From NCBI GenBank assembly GCA_002189035.1, contig NEEC01000014.1, positions 248,001-312,000 of the forward strand: DNA of 64,000 nt, written 5' to 3'. Position numbers and translations under genes: made by a program. This DNA comes from Utricularia gibba. Lineage: Eukaryota; Plantae; Magnoliophyta. Of this stretch, positions 62,443 to 64,000 are shown in pieces (positions within the stretch are counted from its first letter, which is position 1; every line of letters begins with the position of its first letter). The notes beneath the pieces are model-generated. The model saw only the letters and a list, made by a program, of their open reading frames with translations. It made no database searches and was not told where the DNA came from.

Positions 62443-64000
62443 GGCCTGAACTTCAGATTACCTTCACTCGCACGTAGGATAATGTCAATGGAGATGGATA
62501 ATTTATGATGAAGACATCATTGCACGAGATGAAAACCAGAGTTGAGCATACGCTATAATCGAATATGCAACATGAATCTTGAGGTTTCAAAGATTTTTAA
62601 ACTATTCAAATCCATGCATACTCTTTGCCACAGCCCCCATCCTTAAGGCACTCTATAGATTCACCAAACATTGTACAATAATAGGCGTGCCAATCCACAT
62701 TCGATTTTGCATTATATTATTTTATTACCTATGGTCAAATATTTCATGGTCGTCACAGTTTTGACCATAATGTAATTGAAGTGGAATAAGGTTGTGTACA
62801 TTTTATTGAGTCGGCCCACATAGGCACGTTGTGTACGATTGGCTTAATTGTGCTTTTATTATTATTATTTTCTAAAGAATCATAAAACCAAAATTTGCTA
62901 TTATTTTTTTATATTATTGTGATTTTTTAGCTTTTGTTTCCCACTTGTGTGACCATGTATCTGTGGGGGTGTACGTATTATCCAAAAAAATTCGAGAAGT
63001 CTGCAATAGATGAGATTTCTACACCCAAGGCACAAACCCAAATATTTCAGAATATATATTTGATATATAATAACATCCAAATATATCAGTACTTTATATG
63101 GATCTTATTTACTGAATCTATCTTCAAGATATAAGAGAATCCACCTTTGTCATTGTTGAAGGCTTCATACGTCCACATAGGATTATTGGGGAGACCCTTT
63201 GGAGGATAATTTTAGGAGTTAGGGAGGAACTTTTATCTCTTTGTTTCTACACGATCTATATTTGTAACACTGTATTTGATTCTATGATCTTTTTTTCTGG
63301 TTGTTTTGTTAAATTTATTCATCTTGTTCTAGTGAAATAATTTATCTAGCGTGTTTAGCGTCCATAACTTTTCCTTTGGATTTCAGAGTCACCAAAGTAT
63401 GTCCTTTGTCTTCATGTGTCTTCCAATCACTACACGCATCCATCCATCATCATAATCAAATTTGAACAGCTAGCTTATCGCTTTACATGGGAATACTATT
63501 TTCTACGATCCCTTAAAAGGGATTCCTAATGGATCTTAACAAGTGCTATAAATAGCTCGTTTTCCTCATGAGATATGCATTCCCAAAAGCACAATAAGCA
63601 TTATGAAAATTGGGAATGCAAGATGATTTCGATAAACCGCTGTCACAGTTTGATGCTTCAGGGTGAGTATTATTTGGTTATGAGTGTAGACAAAGCCTTA
63701 ATGTTTATCAATTTTGAGATCCTGTAAACTCAACTGAATGTGTGTAAGGACACAAAATGTTTCAGGTAAAAACCGAGTTTTTTAGCTGGTAAAACCTCTT
63801 ATAATCTGGTTAATCACCCCAGATTTCAGAGTTCACTATAAACAAGAGGAAGCACACTTGATCACACACATAGAACAACTACAATGCACACCAGTGCAGG
63901 AAACACACACTCCTTGTGATCACTTCTCCAATAGCTTTTGTGATCATCCACCGTGCCCCACATCCAGACAGAATTCTCACTCCTTGGATCAGGTTCCACA

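Noticed and set aside
359-63134. Remaining 60-120-aa ORFs in AT-rich DNA or antisense to genes and TEs
   Set aside because: No motifs; many start at non-ATG codons; consistent with chance.
63154-64000. LTR-like sequence at the window end
   Set aside because: No TSD, partner LTR or coding motif visible.

Overview
AT-rich plant nuclear DNA (angiosperm-like; species not determinable). (1) 1-15159 is a near-perfect inverted repeat with arms 1-6803 and 8358-15159 and a 1554-bp spacer holding a decayed Ty3/Gypsy integrase. Each arm carries a truncated GT37 fucosyltransferase-family pseudogene and an intact Pro-rich phylloplanin/Pollen Ole e 1-like gene. (2) Every non-TE gene I can recognise encodes a secretory-pathway protein: an intronless GT37 (FUT-like) array (3 intact, 1 N-terminally broken, 3 fragmentary copies), a GT61 glycosyltransferase, a Golgi-type SAM methyltransferase, a fragment of an uncharacterised membrane-anchored plant protein, a STIG1-like gene and an extensin-Ole e 1 pseudogene. 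This suggests a cell-wall/exudate glycan gene neighbourhood (inference). (3) TEs: two full-length Ty1/Copia elements with TSDs (19562-24725, 49222-54631), further remnants and a solo LTR of a family whose PBS matches a tRNA-Leu 3' end, a Tourist-like MITE, a hAT remnant and LTR-like debris. (4) Small structures: a 101-nt pre-miRNA-like hairpin (29514-29614) and 51-bp and ~253-bp tandem repeats. Family assignments come from motif recognition, not database searches.
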